Shown in pieces: positions 26,708 to 41,310 of a stretch of 64,000 bases of DNA. The first letter of the stretch is position 1. Every line of letters begins with the position of its first letter. The translations under genes and the position numbers were made by a program. Under the pieces are notes generated by a model that had not been told where the DNA came from, did no database searches, and saw only the letters and a list, made by a program, of their open reading frames with translations. Origin of the DNA: Octopus sinensis (taxonomy: Eukaryota); the NCBI RefSeq assembly GCF_006345805.1, contig NC_042997.1:37386001-37450000 (forward strand), read 5' to 3'.

Positions 26708-28640
26708 GGTAGAAGAGTTAGCACGCTGGGCGAAATTCGTAGCTGTATTTCGTCTGTCGTCACGTTCCGAGTTCAAATTCCGCCGAGGTCGACTTTGCCT
26801 TTCATCCTTTCGGGGTCGATAAATTAAGTACCAGTTACACACTGGGGTCGATATAATCGACTTAATCCGTTTGTCTGTCCTTGTTTGTCCCGTCTGTGTT
26901 TAGCCCCTTGTGGGTAGTAAAGAAATATATATATATATATATATATATATATTACTCTAGGCACAAGGCCAGAAATTTTGGGAGAAGGGGCCCAGTCGAT
27001 TAGATCGACCCCAGTGCGCAACAAGTACTTAATTTATAGACCAGAATGGCTGAGAGGCAAAGTCGACCTCGACGGAGTTTAAATTTAAAACGAAACGGCA
27101 GACGAAATACCTATTTCTTTACTACCCACAGAGGGCTAAACACAGATGGGACAATCAAGGACAGACAAACGGATTAAGTCGATTACATCGACCCCAGTGC
27201 GTAAATGGTACTTATTTAATCGACCCCGAAAGAATGAAAGGCAAAGTCGACCTCGGCGGAATTTGAACTCAGAACGTAACGGCAGACGAAATACGGCTAC
27301 GCATTTCGCCCGGCGTGCTAACGTTTTTGCCAGCTCGCCGCCTTTGCCAGACAAATACATATTTCTTTACTGCCCACAAGGGGCTACACACAGAGGAGAC
27401 AAACAAGGACGCACAGATTAAGTTGATTATTTCGATCCCAGTGCGTAACTGGTAGTTATTTAATAGAGCCCGAAAGGATGAAAGGAAAAGTCGACCTCCG
27501 CGGAATTTGAACTCAGAACGTAGCGGCAGACAAAGTACCTATTTCTTTACTACCCACAAGGGGCTAAACACAGAGGGGACAAACAAGTACAGGCAAATGG
27601 ATTAAGTTGATTACACGACCCCAGTGCGTAACTAGTACTTGATTTATCGACCCCGAAAGGATGACAAGCAAAGTCGACCTCGGCGGAATTTGAACTCAGA
27701 ACGTAACGGCAGACGAAATACTGGTAAGCATTTCGTCCAGCGTGCTAACGTTTCTGCCAGCTCGACGCCTTCGCCAGACGAAGTACCCATTTCTTTACTG
27801 CACACAAGGGGCTACACACAGAGGGGACAAACAAGGACAGACAAACGGATTAAGTCGATTATATCGACTCCATTGCGTAACTGGTACTTATTTAATCGAC
27901 CCCGAAAGGATGAAAGCCTAAGTCGACCTTGGTGGAATTTGAACTCAGAAAGTAGCGGCAGATAAAATATCGCTAAGCATTCCGCCCGGAGTGCTAACGT
28001 TTCTTATTTCTTTATTGCCCACAAGCGGCTAAACATAGAGGGGGGCAAACAAGGACAGACAAAAGCATTAAGTCGATTACATCGACTCCAGTGCGTAACT
28101 GCTACTTAGTTTATCGACCCCGAAAGAATGAAAGACAAAGTCGACCTCGGCGGAATTTGAACTCAGAACGTAACGGCAGAAAAAATATCGCTAAGCATTT
28201 CACCCGGCGTGCTAACGTTTGTGCCAGCTCGCCGCCCTAGAAATATTTCTATATTGTGACAGTTAAAGGCGGCGAGCTGGCAGTGACATTAGCACGCCGG
28301 ACGAAATGTTAAGCGGTAGTTCGTTTGCCGCTACGTTCTGAGTTCAAATTCCACCGAGGTCGACTTTGCCTTTCATCCTTTCGGGGTCGACAAGTTAAGT
28401 ACCAGTTACGCACTGGGGTCGATGTAATCGATTTAATCTCTTTGTCTGTCCTTGTTTGTCCCCTCTATGTTTAGCCCCCTGTGGGTAGTAAAGAAATAAG
28501 AAACGTTAGCACGCCGGGCGAAATGCTAAGCGATATTTCGTTTGCCGCTATGTTCTGAGTTCAAACTTCGCCGAGGTCGACTTTGCCTTTCATCCTTTCG
28601 GGGTCGATTAAATAAGTACTAGTTACGCACTGGGGTTGAC
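26708..28640. mobile_element. SINE family B (tRNA-derived) tandem/inverted array, about 9 units
   Basis: + unit 26708-26925; six - units starting near 26953, 27111, 27359, 27539, 27787 and 28004; + units at 28267 and 28501. Head ggcggcgagctggcag, B-box-like gagttcaaattcc, body gaggtcgactttgcctttcatcctttcggggtcgat. Confidence 0.9.
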
Positions 28641-31600
28641 CATGTATTCATCTTCGTTGTGACGCGGTAGGAGTTAAGAGAATGTAAATTTGATACATAT
28701 TCACAAATTTGTTCTGCTTGTATTTTATGTTTTGTAAAATAATAGAATATCATTAAGAACATTAGATTTATAAAGCAATGGAAATCATTTCTCATTTAGT
28801 TATCACCTTTGAAATTTTAATGTGAAACCTCTGGCCTCAAACTATCTTTTATTCTCGTTGAGATCAATGAAATATATTCTGTCATAAATCATTAAATCAG
28901 TAAATCCTGATTAGATTGACTATGATATTACGTGATAAATAGCATAGAATATAATTGCATGGATTAAAGTAATTTGATGACTCATTTTACACTTTTTATT
29001 ATGCAGTTAAATTTACCGATTTTCCCTTGCTATAATCACTCCGTTTTCCAGAAAAATATATTGACCATTGTAAATAGTTAATATAACATAACGCGACCCA
29101 CATATGTACTATTTCTAAGAAAATTATTACATGTTGTTCATTAGCTTGCATTAAATACAGTATATGGTAGTGTTTTCAACGGCTAATCTTCAGCTGATCG
29201 GGTTGCTGGAATTCTCAGTGTATAAATACAGTTTAGGAGGAAACACATACCTATCAAAGCATTCAGTTGCTTCCATGTTGATGTCAATACCTCTTACTTT
29301 GCTTAGCATACAGGAATATACAATTCATGTCCTACAAAAATATTTAAATACTCGTCTAAGAGTATATATACATGTATATATGTACGAAAATATAACTGCT
29401 TCCCATTCAGTGATTTTTGTTGACCATCTAATATATATTACTTCAGCTAAATATTTTAGTATGTCTCAAGTCAGTTCAAAGGTATATGCTTGAATATTTT
29501 AGAAGGCCTGTTTACAACTGCTGTTCTATATTTATTTCAGTATTGTAGCCTGAATGATGAAGGTGTTGACATGTGCTTTGCAGCACAATCCTATCCTCAT
29601 AAGGATTCAAATAGTGCACTTGAATTTAAAAGTTATATTGATTGGAATATAGTGTTAGAAACAGAAAAGATAAGATTAATTTCCTGATAAATTCTTGCAA
29701 ACAGTTTTTTAATGCTAACTTGCGGATCTAAAAGAATTCTCATTAACCATAAAATATTCTTAGAAAACAGACAATAAATTACCATTTAACCAATTAGCAA
29801 GTCAGTTACAAATTATGTTTGACTTTGATATTCACGGTATAATTTAAACACCATACTCATCATCCTACTCTAGCTTCTAGTATTTACACTAAAGTTTTAT
29901 AACTATCAATAAAATTTATATTATCTGCCCAGAGATATTTTAGGCTATAACAAAAATTAGTATTTTAATGAAAATTGCATCAAACAATGGCAAGTACACT
30001 AACTCTCTTACTAAAATCAATTTGTCACTAATGGGTTTAATTAAAATATGACAGTTACTCTTTCTATCAAAGCAAAATATATAACTATATATTTAAAACA
30101 GAATTTGAATAAACTAGTATATCCATCATATTAATGACGTCAATATTTGCGTACCTATCTTTTGAAAATGAGTAATTTAAGCCATAGATGTACATCATTG
30201 ATAATCAAAGAAATTATTTTCATTATCGTGTTCAAGACATTAATATCACAACTTTTCGTAGCGACTGGTATACATATTGCTTGATTAGATACTTGTTTCT
30301 TTCTTGAAAATCTATTTACGTCAAGCCTCTGGGCGATAATAAGTTTCACGTATTTAACACACATCGTTTCCAAGTATATTTTCAGAAAAATGGATCCTTT
30401 AAGAAGAAAACAATTTCCTAGTATAATATATAATAGGATAGGAACATATCTTATTTGCAGTCTAATACAACACGATATAATTTATTCTTGTAATATACTA
30501 CATAATATATCGAGCCACATATAATTTTATATCACGTTCATAATTGCCCTTGTAATAGTGATTAACAATACTGACTGTCTCTCTTAACAAAGCAATCTCA
30601 CATCAAAGGCTAATATTAAAATCAGTTAAAAATTTCTTTGCAAGCAATTTTCTAACACTCGGTTCCAGTTTTTACATTATATTCTCTAACATATCTCATT
30701 TTATATTGTCATATCAGTTTTGAGAGTGGATCAGCGGCGGCTCCATATTCATTCGAACATTATAGTATATTTATATGCTGCCTATATGCTTATAAGTATA
30801 TTGCTATTGAGTTCAACTCAATATATTTTTTTCTTCTCAATTAAACAAGAACATCTGACTCAGATGTTGAAAACCAGAAGTCTACATAAAATTCATAACT
30901 CTCTAGATAAAATAAAAGTATATAATGTTGATTTTAATATATATACAGATAGCTCTAAACGTTGCAATAAAATATATATTTAGTTAAATATTCCTGAAAT
31001 GTATCAAAACCATCCGTTGCGGTTAATCCCACTTTACCACCCAGAATTAACGGCCAATATATATATATTTATTTATATATTTATATATATATATATATGT
31101 ATTTATGTTATTGTATGCATGTATATGTATATATATATATGTGTGTATATATATATATGTATGTATATATATTTAGATAGATGGAGAGAGAGAAAGAGAC
31201 AGAGAGGGAGAGATTGACGGAGAAAAAGAAATATGTGTAACTAGTGTATGCATGCACACGCGCGTGCGCATATAGATACATCATGCACATGCATGACCAG
31301 AGATAGATTGATATATACTGATATATGTAGATACACAATCATATGTGTATGTGTATACACACATACACCCCCCACACACACATATATATATATGTATATA
31401 TATATACATACATATATAAATATATATATATATATTAATATAAGCAATTGAGATACATAATATGTATATATGCATGTATACACTTACGTATGTGTGTGTA
31501 AACAGCAACAGACTTATGTTAGAGGACATTGAGTTTATATCTCTTAATCTATCTTCTCATTATGCACTTTGCTCATAAGAAATATTTGCAGTTCTATCGA

Positions 31601-33360
31601 ATCAGTTTACAGAATAATTACCTTGTACGGAGTTACAATCTCTGTAAAATCGATAGTTGTCATTCTGTAGTGAGAAAGCTGGTTTTATACGAAATATAGT
31701 TAAAGATGAGTAAATTAATGAAATATTCCATTGCCTATGCGTTTAATTCGATAGTGAAATACCATCAATAACCTATGATCTAGTCTGTACCTTAACTATA
31801 ATAGTAATATAGGGTTTCACAAATAGAAATGTGTGCATTGGTGAGAAAAGCCTCATTGACTAATAAATGTAATTTATATAGTCATGTTAACTTGGAAATG
31901 CATATTTCAAATACGTCGATGAAGACGAAACTGCGCGTTTCTAGATGGATATTTTTTCCCAAAACACACTTTTACATAAGGAAATGTATAACAATGTTGC
32001 TTATTATGATGCAATATATATAGCTGGAAGGGTGTGTTTATGAGAGAACATAAAGATGAAATCATTCATTCGGGTAAGTATTTCCAGAGGATCTTGAAAC
32101 ATGTGCCACATTGGGGTACATAGCCTATATAACTTGCTGATTACAAATATCAGGACTGATCCAGCAGGTTTTAAATAATAATATCAATGTTATTAGAAAT
32201 GAAGATGAAGAACATATGTAAATGTAATTGTAATTGTAGATTTTATCGATATCGGCGTTGTATTCTAACAATAATCAGTGAATGAAATTTGTACTCTGTC
32301 TATTGAATGTATTGTATAAAGCAGTAAATTTTGCAAATCTGCATTGATAATAAATCATGACATCCAACCAAAAAACGTTACGTTCTAATGTCACGACTTC
32401 AAAAAGTGGCAAGCTATTTAGATCTTTTCAGATTATCTTTAGTTAATTCTGCTTTTTGCCCCTATCAGCTAAGAAATAAACCTGTTGCGCAGGGCACAAG
32501 GATACGGGAAACAAGCAGGAAAAGATGTGTTGTACAGGGAGCAACAAAATTAGCAACAATCACCAAATATTACAGTTTTCGATTGCTCATGTGTATAAAA
32601 TGTCAAATTTCAACACAACGCTTGGAGAATATTTAACCTATATGCAATGCTAATGTGATAATGCTTGTTGACCTGACTTCAAACATTAATATTTTATAAT
32701 TTCCCCTCTTCCAAATTTTGGCAATACAATGTCCCTGCTTCTATTAAGTGATTCTTATACTATCTCCTTATTTCTCTTCACTCCTTTGTATCCTGTGCTC
32801 CTCTTTTCTCTCTTCTACTAGCATCTTTCCATCTTCTTCTCCCTTACGCATGCAATCGCCATTCCTTCAGTGTTTTGTTTGTTATAACCAGACATGGCTC
32901 AGATGACAGTAGTATTAATTTTCTTAGGTCATTCAACATTTCTGAATAGATCAAAAACCAATTAAGTAAACCGATCAGTAATGACTACCAGAAACAGCTA
33001 GGGACCAAATTTTCTCCAATAAAGGAAAAATATATAATGACCATTATTTCAAACTTTTTTCAAATATCCCTCTGTGTAAAACCAATTTATCTGGAGCCCA
33101 CCCACGGATTAACGACATTGAATTGTGAGGAACCATAGCCCTTGAACCTGCCATAAGAATACCTGCAGTTCTTGACTAATCTAAATAAAATTTATAATCC
33201 TGTCTGACAACAGAGAGCTAACAAAGTATCTCTCTCTCTCTCTCTTTCAATACATATATATATATATGTGTGTGTGTGTATGTGTGTGTGTATGTGTATG
33301 TATACATGTATATGTACGTATGTATGTGTATATGTGTAAGTGCATGTATGTGCAGATATG

Positions 33361-33425
<65 letters not shown>

Positions 33426-33459
33426 ATCTGTGTCTGCGTGTCTGCGTGTGTGTACATGC

Positions 33460-33520
<61 letters not shown>

Positions 33521-33984
33521 ACAAGATCAAAATCAAAATGGTAAAAACTGAACGTTTCGTTGTTTATTTATGTGAATCGGATGTTCTTTGCTTTGATTAG
33601 GAGCGGAGAATAGTGATTGTCTTCTTTGGGAAAAGCGGGAGAGAGAAAGCAAAGCAAAGAAAGGAGAATAGACAGAGAGACCGGTTTCAGAACAATCAAG
33701 AACAGGGTAAAACATAATAAAGGATGGGGAAAGGATAGACAGATAGAGAAAGAGAGACACAGAGACAGAGACAGAGAGAGAGAGAGATACAGTGAGAGGG
33801 AGAGAGAGAGAGAGAGGCAGACAGACAGACAGACAGACAGACAGATATGTTTCTTTATTAGCCACACAGGGCTGCACACAGACAGAACAAATTACAAGGT
33901 AGAGCTTTTCTTTTGGGGGTAAAAAAGAGGGGTTTTCGATCAAAAGGGATCGTAAAAGGAAGGAAAGAAAGAGGACAAAAAGAC

Positions 33985-34075
<91 letters not shown>

Positions 34076-34748
34076 CAGAGAGGTTTCTTTTCAATTTGAT
34101 GTGGTCAATTCATTGAAATTTGATTATAAACCATTTTTCCTTCACTCTTCCTCCTTTCATTTTTCTCTCATTGTATACTTATCAACATATTTATAAATAA
34201 ACACATTTTCTCTGAAGGGCTGGTGACCTTTCCAAGATGTCAATTTTAGGAATTACGATGGAAACAATAAGAAAAGAGGGGAGAGTATGTTCATCGCTGA
34301 AAACTAAAAAAATGAGTTCCTATGAAAATGAGTATTTCTTTACACTTGTATAGTCATGTACCATATTTCATGTAATTCCATGTTTTGCATGAAGAAAAAT
34401 TAATATTAGTACAATATTCATATATTACGAAAATATAATCAGAAAATTAAAAAAATATAATTTGGTACTGTTATAATTCAATCTATTCTCTAATCAAATA
34501 TCATAAATTACTTTTGCATGTGTATTGTATATTTAGCTGGAAGTAGGATGGAATAATTAAGAAAAAAGCGGATGGTGTGGTCATCACTAAAAAATAAGTA
34601 AAAAAGAATTCAAAGTCCAATAAAAAATTATATTGCACTTACGGAATATATTTAAGCAGGCCCTGCATAACTATTTACTGAGTAGGTTCCAGTGAAATAT
34701 ACAATATACATACAAAATTCATTTATGATGTTTGTTTAAATGTACATA

Positions 34749-35090
34749 GGCGCAGGAGTGGCTGTGTGGTAAGTAGCTTGTTTACCAACCACATTGTGAG
34801 TGGATTTGGTAGACGGAAAGTGAAAGAAGCCCGTCGTATGTATGTATATATATATATGTGCGTGTGTGTGTTTGTGTGTCTGTGTTTGTCCCCCTAGCAT
34901 TGCTTGACAACCGATGCTGGTTTTTTTATGTCCCCGTTACTTAGCGGTTCGGCAAAAGAGACCGATAGAATAAGTACTGGGCTTACAAAAGAATAAGTCC
35001 CGGGGTCGAGTTGCTCGATTAAAGGCGGTGCTCCAGCATGGCCGCAGTCAAATTACTGAAACTAATAAAAGAATAAAAGAGTAAAAAGAA
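34749..35090 (+). mobile_element. SINE family A with internal deletion
   Basis: Head ggcgcaggagtggctgtgtggtaag jumps from accacat to tgtgagtgg; body and tail intact. Confidence 0.88.
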
Positions 35091-36521
35091 TAGATTGAAT
35101 TATAAACTTTATTATCTTGATTTAGGAATATTGTACAGTGGTACTAATATTTAATGTTCGTTCGTGCAAAACACGGAATTACATACAATATGGGACTCGA
35201 CTATACAAACGTAAAGGGATATACATTTTAACATGACTATGAACCTTGAATTCATTTTTAGCCACTGTGTGAAAATGTGTTTACTTAGAAATATGTTGGT
35301 AGGTATAAACTTGGAAGAAAGGGCAAGGGAAAAGAAAGAAAAACTGTTTTCTAATGAAATGTCAATAGTAGTAGTAGTAGTAGTAATGACAGCCGCATCA
35401 GCTGTAATAATTACAATAATTTGGGGCATGGAAATGATAATAACCTGAAGTTATTCTGGAATGGGCCTTGCAGTTAAAATTATTATTTTCATATTTTACT
35501 AAACTACCATCAGTCCATTTTGTTTTTCCTAGTCGTTCAGTGACGTCCAATTTTGCTCTCTCAACTAACAAGGAACGATTCGAACCTAAGACATAACTTC
35601 CTGATTTTTTTGAGTAACTGATTTTAGTATCTGTTTAGATACGTCTTGCTTAGCCGAAAATTAGGTTTAGAATTTTTTGTAACTTCTCCGCTACGTCCGT
35701 TCTTTATTGACATGCGACAATATGTTTGATGCCATACGTTAAAGTTGTAACGGTTGAGTAAACGTGTTTAGTGACATACCCAAGCAATCAAGTCTGTCTG
35801 AATTGTAGTTATCAAATTTGGATGAGGAAGATCACGTTATTAAACTTAGAAATTTTTGCAGATTCCCTGATACGTCTGTGCATTAATAACGTGACTTTAT
35901 TATTTACGCTGAAAATTAAGTTTGAAACGGTCGAATGACAGCCCCAAAACTGGGATCTGTAAGTTTAATCTGTAAAGCGGTAGAGTGGATAAGTGCTGTT
36001 TCTTTGTAATTATGTGGTTGAATAGTTATAGTTTGTATCTATGTATGTAGGTATCAAATTTTGTTCACTTGTAAATTTTGCGTTAATATCATACAAGGAA
36101 AAGTCATGACTGTGTCCAAAGTTTAGGATGTGAGCTTTCAAGCAGTAGCATGAGTTTGATTGTGAATAGTTGTTGGTGAATGTAGTTTGTTAAAGTTTAT
36201 TCAGTCTTGGTTAGTAATTTTGTATAAATATATCTTCTTTGTTTATCCGTGCTTGTTCTACTGCACGTTCAGTCAAAACATACCCAAAACAAATACTAAT
36301 TTGAGACAAGTTCTCTCTAGAAAACAAAAGAATGTTTGAACTCTAATCAGAAGCAAGACGGTTGCATTATTATAGCTCCACGTCTTTCTATCTCATTTTG
36401 TTTTTAAATTCACACAACTCTGGGAAAACAGTTATGTCTTGAATTTTTTTTAATCTAAAGAATTCCAGTGCATTTTCAACTTAACTTTCCTATACGCACA
36501 CACACAAATACATATGCACGC

Positions 36522-36578
<57 letters not shown>

Positions 36579-36589
36579 GCTACATATAT

Positions 36590-36627
<38 letters not shown>

Positions 36628-36646
36628 CTGTGCATGTTTACATATA

Positions 36647-36685
<39 letters not shown>

Positions 36686-38689
36686 TATACATGTGTGTAC
36701 GTATATATATGTATATGCATATATATGTCTATACAAATATCTATGAGTTGATGTGTGTGTGTCTGTGTTTACGCATTTGTCTATGCGCATGAGCACAGAG
36801 ATAGATAGAGAAAGAGATAGATAGATAGATACATAGATAGAGAGAGAGAGAGAGAGAGAGCGAAAGTTAGAAAGAGAGAGCGATCAATGGATATCTTTAT
36901 AAATTTGTGTTTTTAGTAATAATTTTTAAGGAGCATTGCTACAAGACTAATAAATGAAAACATTTCTGAATTCAGTAAACACAGTTTTATAATGTTCAGA
37001 ATATGATCGTTTTTTTTTTCTTTTCTTTATTTTAATTTACTGCTGTCGCAATATTAAGTGCAAATATATTTCTGTAGTAAAGGAATATGTTTGTACTTAA
37101 TATTGAAGTTGAAATGAATAACAATTGCTGATCTGTTTATAATTTACACACTATTTACATCTGAGTATGTAACTGAAATTATTTTTGTAGCCTGTTATGA
37201 ATAATATATTCGTTACAACAATATTTTAATTTATGTTTTGTCTCTAGAGTTGGAGTGTAATAATATTGGATTTTATTGTCATTGGTTGTACTTGAATTGC
37301 TAAAGTAATATTGAATCATTAACCAGCATTCATGAATTACAAACACTTTAATAAGCTACATTCTCTTGAAGCTAATCATTATACAAATTTACTTTAAAAT
37401 AAAATAAAAAAGAAATATAGAATTCAATAAGTGCTGTAGTACATTCGTGGAAATATCAAAGAATCGTAAATAATATATGGGAAACGCAGCTTACTTCCTG
37501 TGACAACTGCTCATATCTTTGCATTATGGTATTTGTATAAATCTGTACTATGTAATATCGTATTTGTATTTCCTTGTACTATGGTGGAGCTTCTTAATTA
37601 TAAAATATCGCACATTGAAGTATTAGCGTGAACTTTACATATCGAAAATCTAAATTGTTGGAGATCTTGGGGTGGCGAAACAATGCTTTATATTAATGTA
37701 ATACGTATAAATATTGAAAACTTAATGTTCGTTTCTTTGCAATTGCGATAAAGTATACAACTAATATATCTGTGTTGGAGATATAGGTATGTATCACATA
37801 CTATGATAAATTTATAATGTGCTTTATTTATCCAAATTCCATCACTTTCCGTTACAAAACAAAATATACTTTCATAATTGTTAGATGTTTCACAAAGTGT
37901 GCAGATAAAATTCTCGATGATGAAAACACACCCGACATTTTATTCGTTTTTAACACATGAAAAACTAAAGTGAGAAGTAACTGATTTATATGACTGAAAA
38001 TATAACGTGGTGATAACACAGAATCCTACGAGCTCAGCACTATATCCATGGCTGGAACTATAGGCACTTAAAACTATTTTTAAAAGAAAAGTTTTAATTT
38101 TTGACTAAAACTCATTTGTACACCACGCATAAATAAAGCGGCCACACGTAGTTAATATGATATTTATGATATCTTTTTATTCATAGAAGCATTTTCATCT
38201 AAATATTTATAATATATGACTCGGAGAGGACTAACATCTCCTCGAAGACTTATCTTTATGAAGATGAAGTAATTGTTTGTACAGTGTCGCAAAGTGGCTA
38301 AAATGGCTAAAATGCTCGATTCACAAACACTTGATTCTGGGTTTAGAGCCACTATGTGGCATGTGGGGCAAACAAAATGTTTAGTATTATAAAACCAAGC
38401 TACCTAATTCTTTTTGAGTGGATTTGCGCGGAAGCCCACACATCCGCTCGCTCTTTAAGTGTGTGTATGTATATTCGTTTGTCTAGCATTCACTATATGT
38501 GAAACCTTATCAGTTATTTTACGTTAACGAATTTTAATGGTTCGGCAAAAAGCGACGTATGAAAGAAATATCATATTTTAGTGATCCTCCATCAAGGCCT
38601 AAGATCAATGCAAGAAAGAAGTAAATTAAGGAGTAATACATTAGGGAAGGTCCCTCACTTCACTGGGATGGAATTTGAATAGTATTACT

Positions 38690-39290
38690 GCTGTTGCTGC
38701 TTCTGCGTTTTCCTCAGCCGAACACTATCAACCACTTGTTGCCAAAATTATTCTCCGGCATTGCCCTTGGCAGATCACGCGCCAGTGGAGTAGAGTCTTC
38801 AACCAGTTAGTCAATAAATCCACCCGCACGACAACCGTCAGGTAGATTTTCTTGTCTTGGTTCCACACATTCATTTGACTGTTTACTCCATCCTTGCTAC
38901 CAAAGAAGATTCCAAAGAATCTCAGTTTTCTTTCCGTTATGGGGGAAATTATTCTTAAGATTTTACAATAAAAAAAACCTTATTTGTTGTATCGCCTGCC
39001 ATTTCACGTTAATTGCTGCAATCAGAAGTCTTGTTTCGTTCCATCCAATATTCTTTCCAGTGCTACAATCGCAGGCCCATGTATTTCGACCATATATGAG
39101 CACGGCTTCTATTGTTGCGCGAAAGATGCTAATTTAAGCTCTACCTTTAGAATTAGTTTCCAAATGTTTTCCGTCTCTAATAGATCTGACTATGCATTAT
39201 CAAAGCCCTTTTTAATGTCCTTCTATTTTATATCAACCCACGAGTCCAGATATAACAATTCACATATATTTTTTTCCAATTTATAACCAT
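38690..39290 (-). mobile_element. RTE/RTE-X-like LINE 3' fragment, decayed
   Basis: Minus strand FRATIEAVLIYG, ERILDG, AAINVKWQ and ERKLRFFG across frameshifts. Confidence 0.62.
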
Positions 39291-40120
39291 TCATTTTTAA
39301 TAGGTGGCAATCTTTTTGTCTGAAAGACATATGCTTCGTTATCCTCGTTTAAGTACACCTCACTATATCTCAAGCAGAACAATATTTTTATAACACAAGA
39401 AGAGGGCCATAGTTGATGTAACAATAAATTTTAGATTATTATAGAAGAGAACTAGACTATATATAACGACAATGTATGTGTTTCTTTATGGTCCTTTATG
39501 TACTCTGTTTATCTATCATGAAGCGGACTTAGCATTCATTATGCATGTATCCATATTTTATGTAACCACCCAATAACCACATACTTGACTATAATATACA
39601 TAACTCAGTTATTTGTAAATGATATACGAACCAAAGAGATATGAAAATTTGACAAAAGGCAGTGAAGGACTCTCCACAAAGATGTCAGTGAATTATGAAT
39701 ACTAATAATATATCAAAGTGATATAACCTCAAGTTATATTGATCTACAAATTACTTCAGCCAGAAAACATGTGAAGCACGCAAAAATCACATATAGATAC
39801 ACAATCAAGAATATTAATGGGACAAATCCAAAACATCAGCAAAACAAACAATATTGAAGGAAATTAGCAAATTTTCCTATTATTACATTAATCCTAGCAA
39901 ACACAACAACAATACACATACAACTAAGCATGCTCCTGGCAGGGTAATTCTTCGAAACTAATGATTACAAAACTGTGGCAGAAATAACCAATAAAGATAT
40001 ATAATGATTATGATAACAAAATCATAGAGACACAATTGAATCAAACCTAAGCACCGTACATAAACAGCTGCTTAAAATGCACATGCTGCACATGAATATC
40101 TCAGTAGTGTAGAATAAAAT

Positions 40121-40514
40121 GTAGGAGTGGCTGTGTGGTAAGAAGCTTACTTTCCAATCACTTAGTTCCCGGTTCAGTCTCACAGCGTGGAACCATGTGC
40201 AAGTGTCTTCTACTATAGCTTCGGGCCGACCAAGACTTTGTGAGCGGATTTGCTAAACGGAAACTGAAACAAGCTCTTCCTATATTTATGTGTGTGTTTG
40301 TGTGTGTTTGTGGATCTGTATATCCCTCAACTATCGCTTGACAACCAATTTTGCTGTGTTTACGTCCGCGTGACTTAGCGGTTCGGCAAAAGAAGCGATA
40401 GAATAAGTGCAAGGCTTACAAAGAATAAGTCCTGGGGTCGGTTTATTCGACTGAAGACGGTGCTCCAGAATGGCCGCAGTCAAATGATTGAAACAATTAA
40501 AATATTAAAAGAGT
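40121..40514 (+). mobile_element. SINE family A, near full length
   Basis: Same head, body and tail as the other copies. Confidence 0.88.
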
Positions 40515-40849
40515 ATATAATACGTTGTGTGGGTATGTGTGTGTGTGTGTCCTGTATGCACGGCCACACCTCTGGATCAATTTGTACCATACTTGAGATA
40601 CACGGATAATTTGATCTGGTAAATAACAATACGGTATTGGTTTATGTTTTTTATTAAAAATAAATAATATTGCTTTTTATATATATAATAAATATTCGCA
40701 AACCGTTTACTGACCAGCTATTTAGATATACAAATCATTACAGTTGTGACGATTTCTGATAAGAAAGAATTTCTAAAGGTATTTTAATTTTTTTTATACA
40801 CTTCTCAAGCTTTCTAGTTGTGTATCTGTACGAACTGGTTCAGTTCTGT

Positions 40850-41265
40850 AAAAATTTCCCATTGTCAACAGGTCTGGTTCATTTATAAATATATATATTT
40901 ATGTGTTTGTAAATACATACTACACGGATATAAACGCCTCTTTTTTATATGTTGTACAAATTTTCCCATGTCAACAGGTCTGCTTCATATATAAGACGTA
41001 TATTTATGTGCGTCTAAATACATTTTACACGCCTCCTTTTCATGTCAACAGGTTTGTTAAGATATTAATGTGAGTATATGTATGATACTACATTCAAAAC
41101 GGATATAGACACCATTTTGCTTTCAAATGTCAACAGGGCTGTTTCACATATAGGATATAGATTATTGTGTGCGTATGTGTGTGTGAGTGTTTATGTGAAT
41201 GTGTGTGTGTGTGTAAAGAGATTCCGTGTGGAGAAAGCTGACATTTTTCACATGTCAACAGATCT
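40850..41265. repeat. Degenerate minisatellite with recurring (c/t)atgtcaacag motif (5 copies)
   Basis: tgtcaacag near 40863, 40969, 41043, 41127 and 41253 with variable spacers. Confidence 0.6.
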
Positions 41266-41310
41266 TTTATATACATATATATACATATATATATATATAA
41301 ATAAATATAT

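Noticed and set aside
26708-28640. CRISPR-like appearance of regularly repeated units
   Set aside because: Units are ~180-240-bp SINE copies with no unique spacers; eukaryotic context; no cas genes.
29160-29690. Candidate exons on either strand near 29.2-29.7 kb
   Set aside because: Conflicting strands, in-frame stops near the acceptors and no identifiable product.
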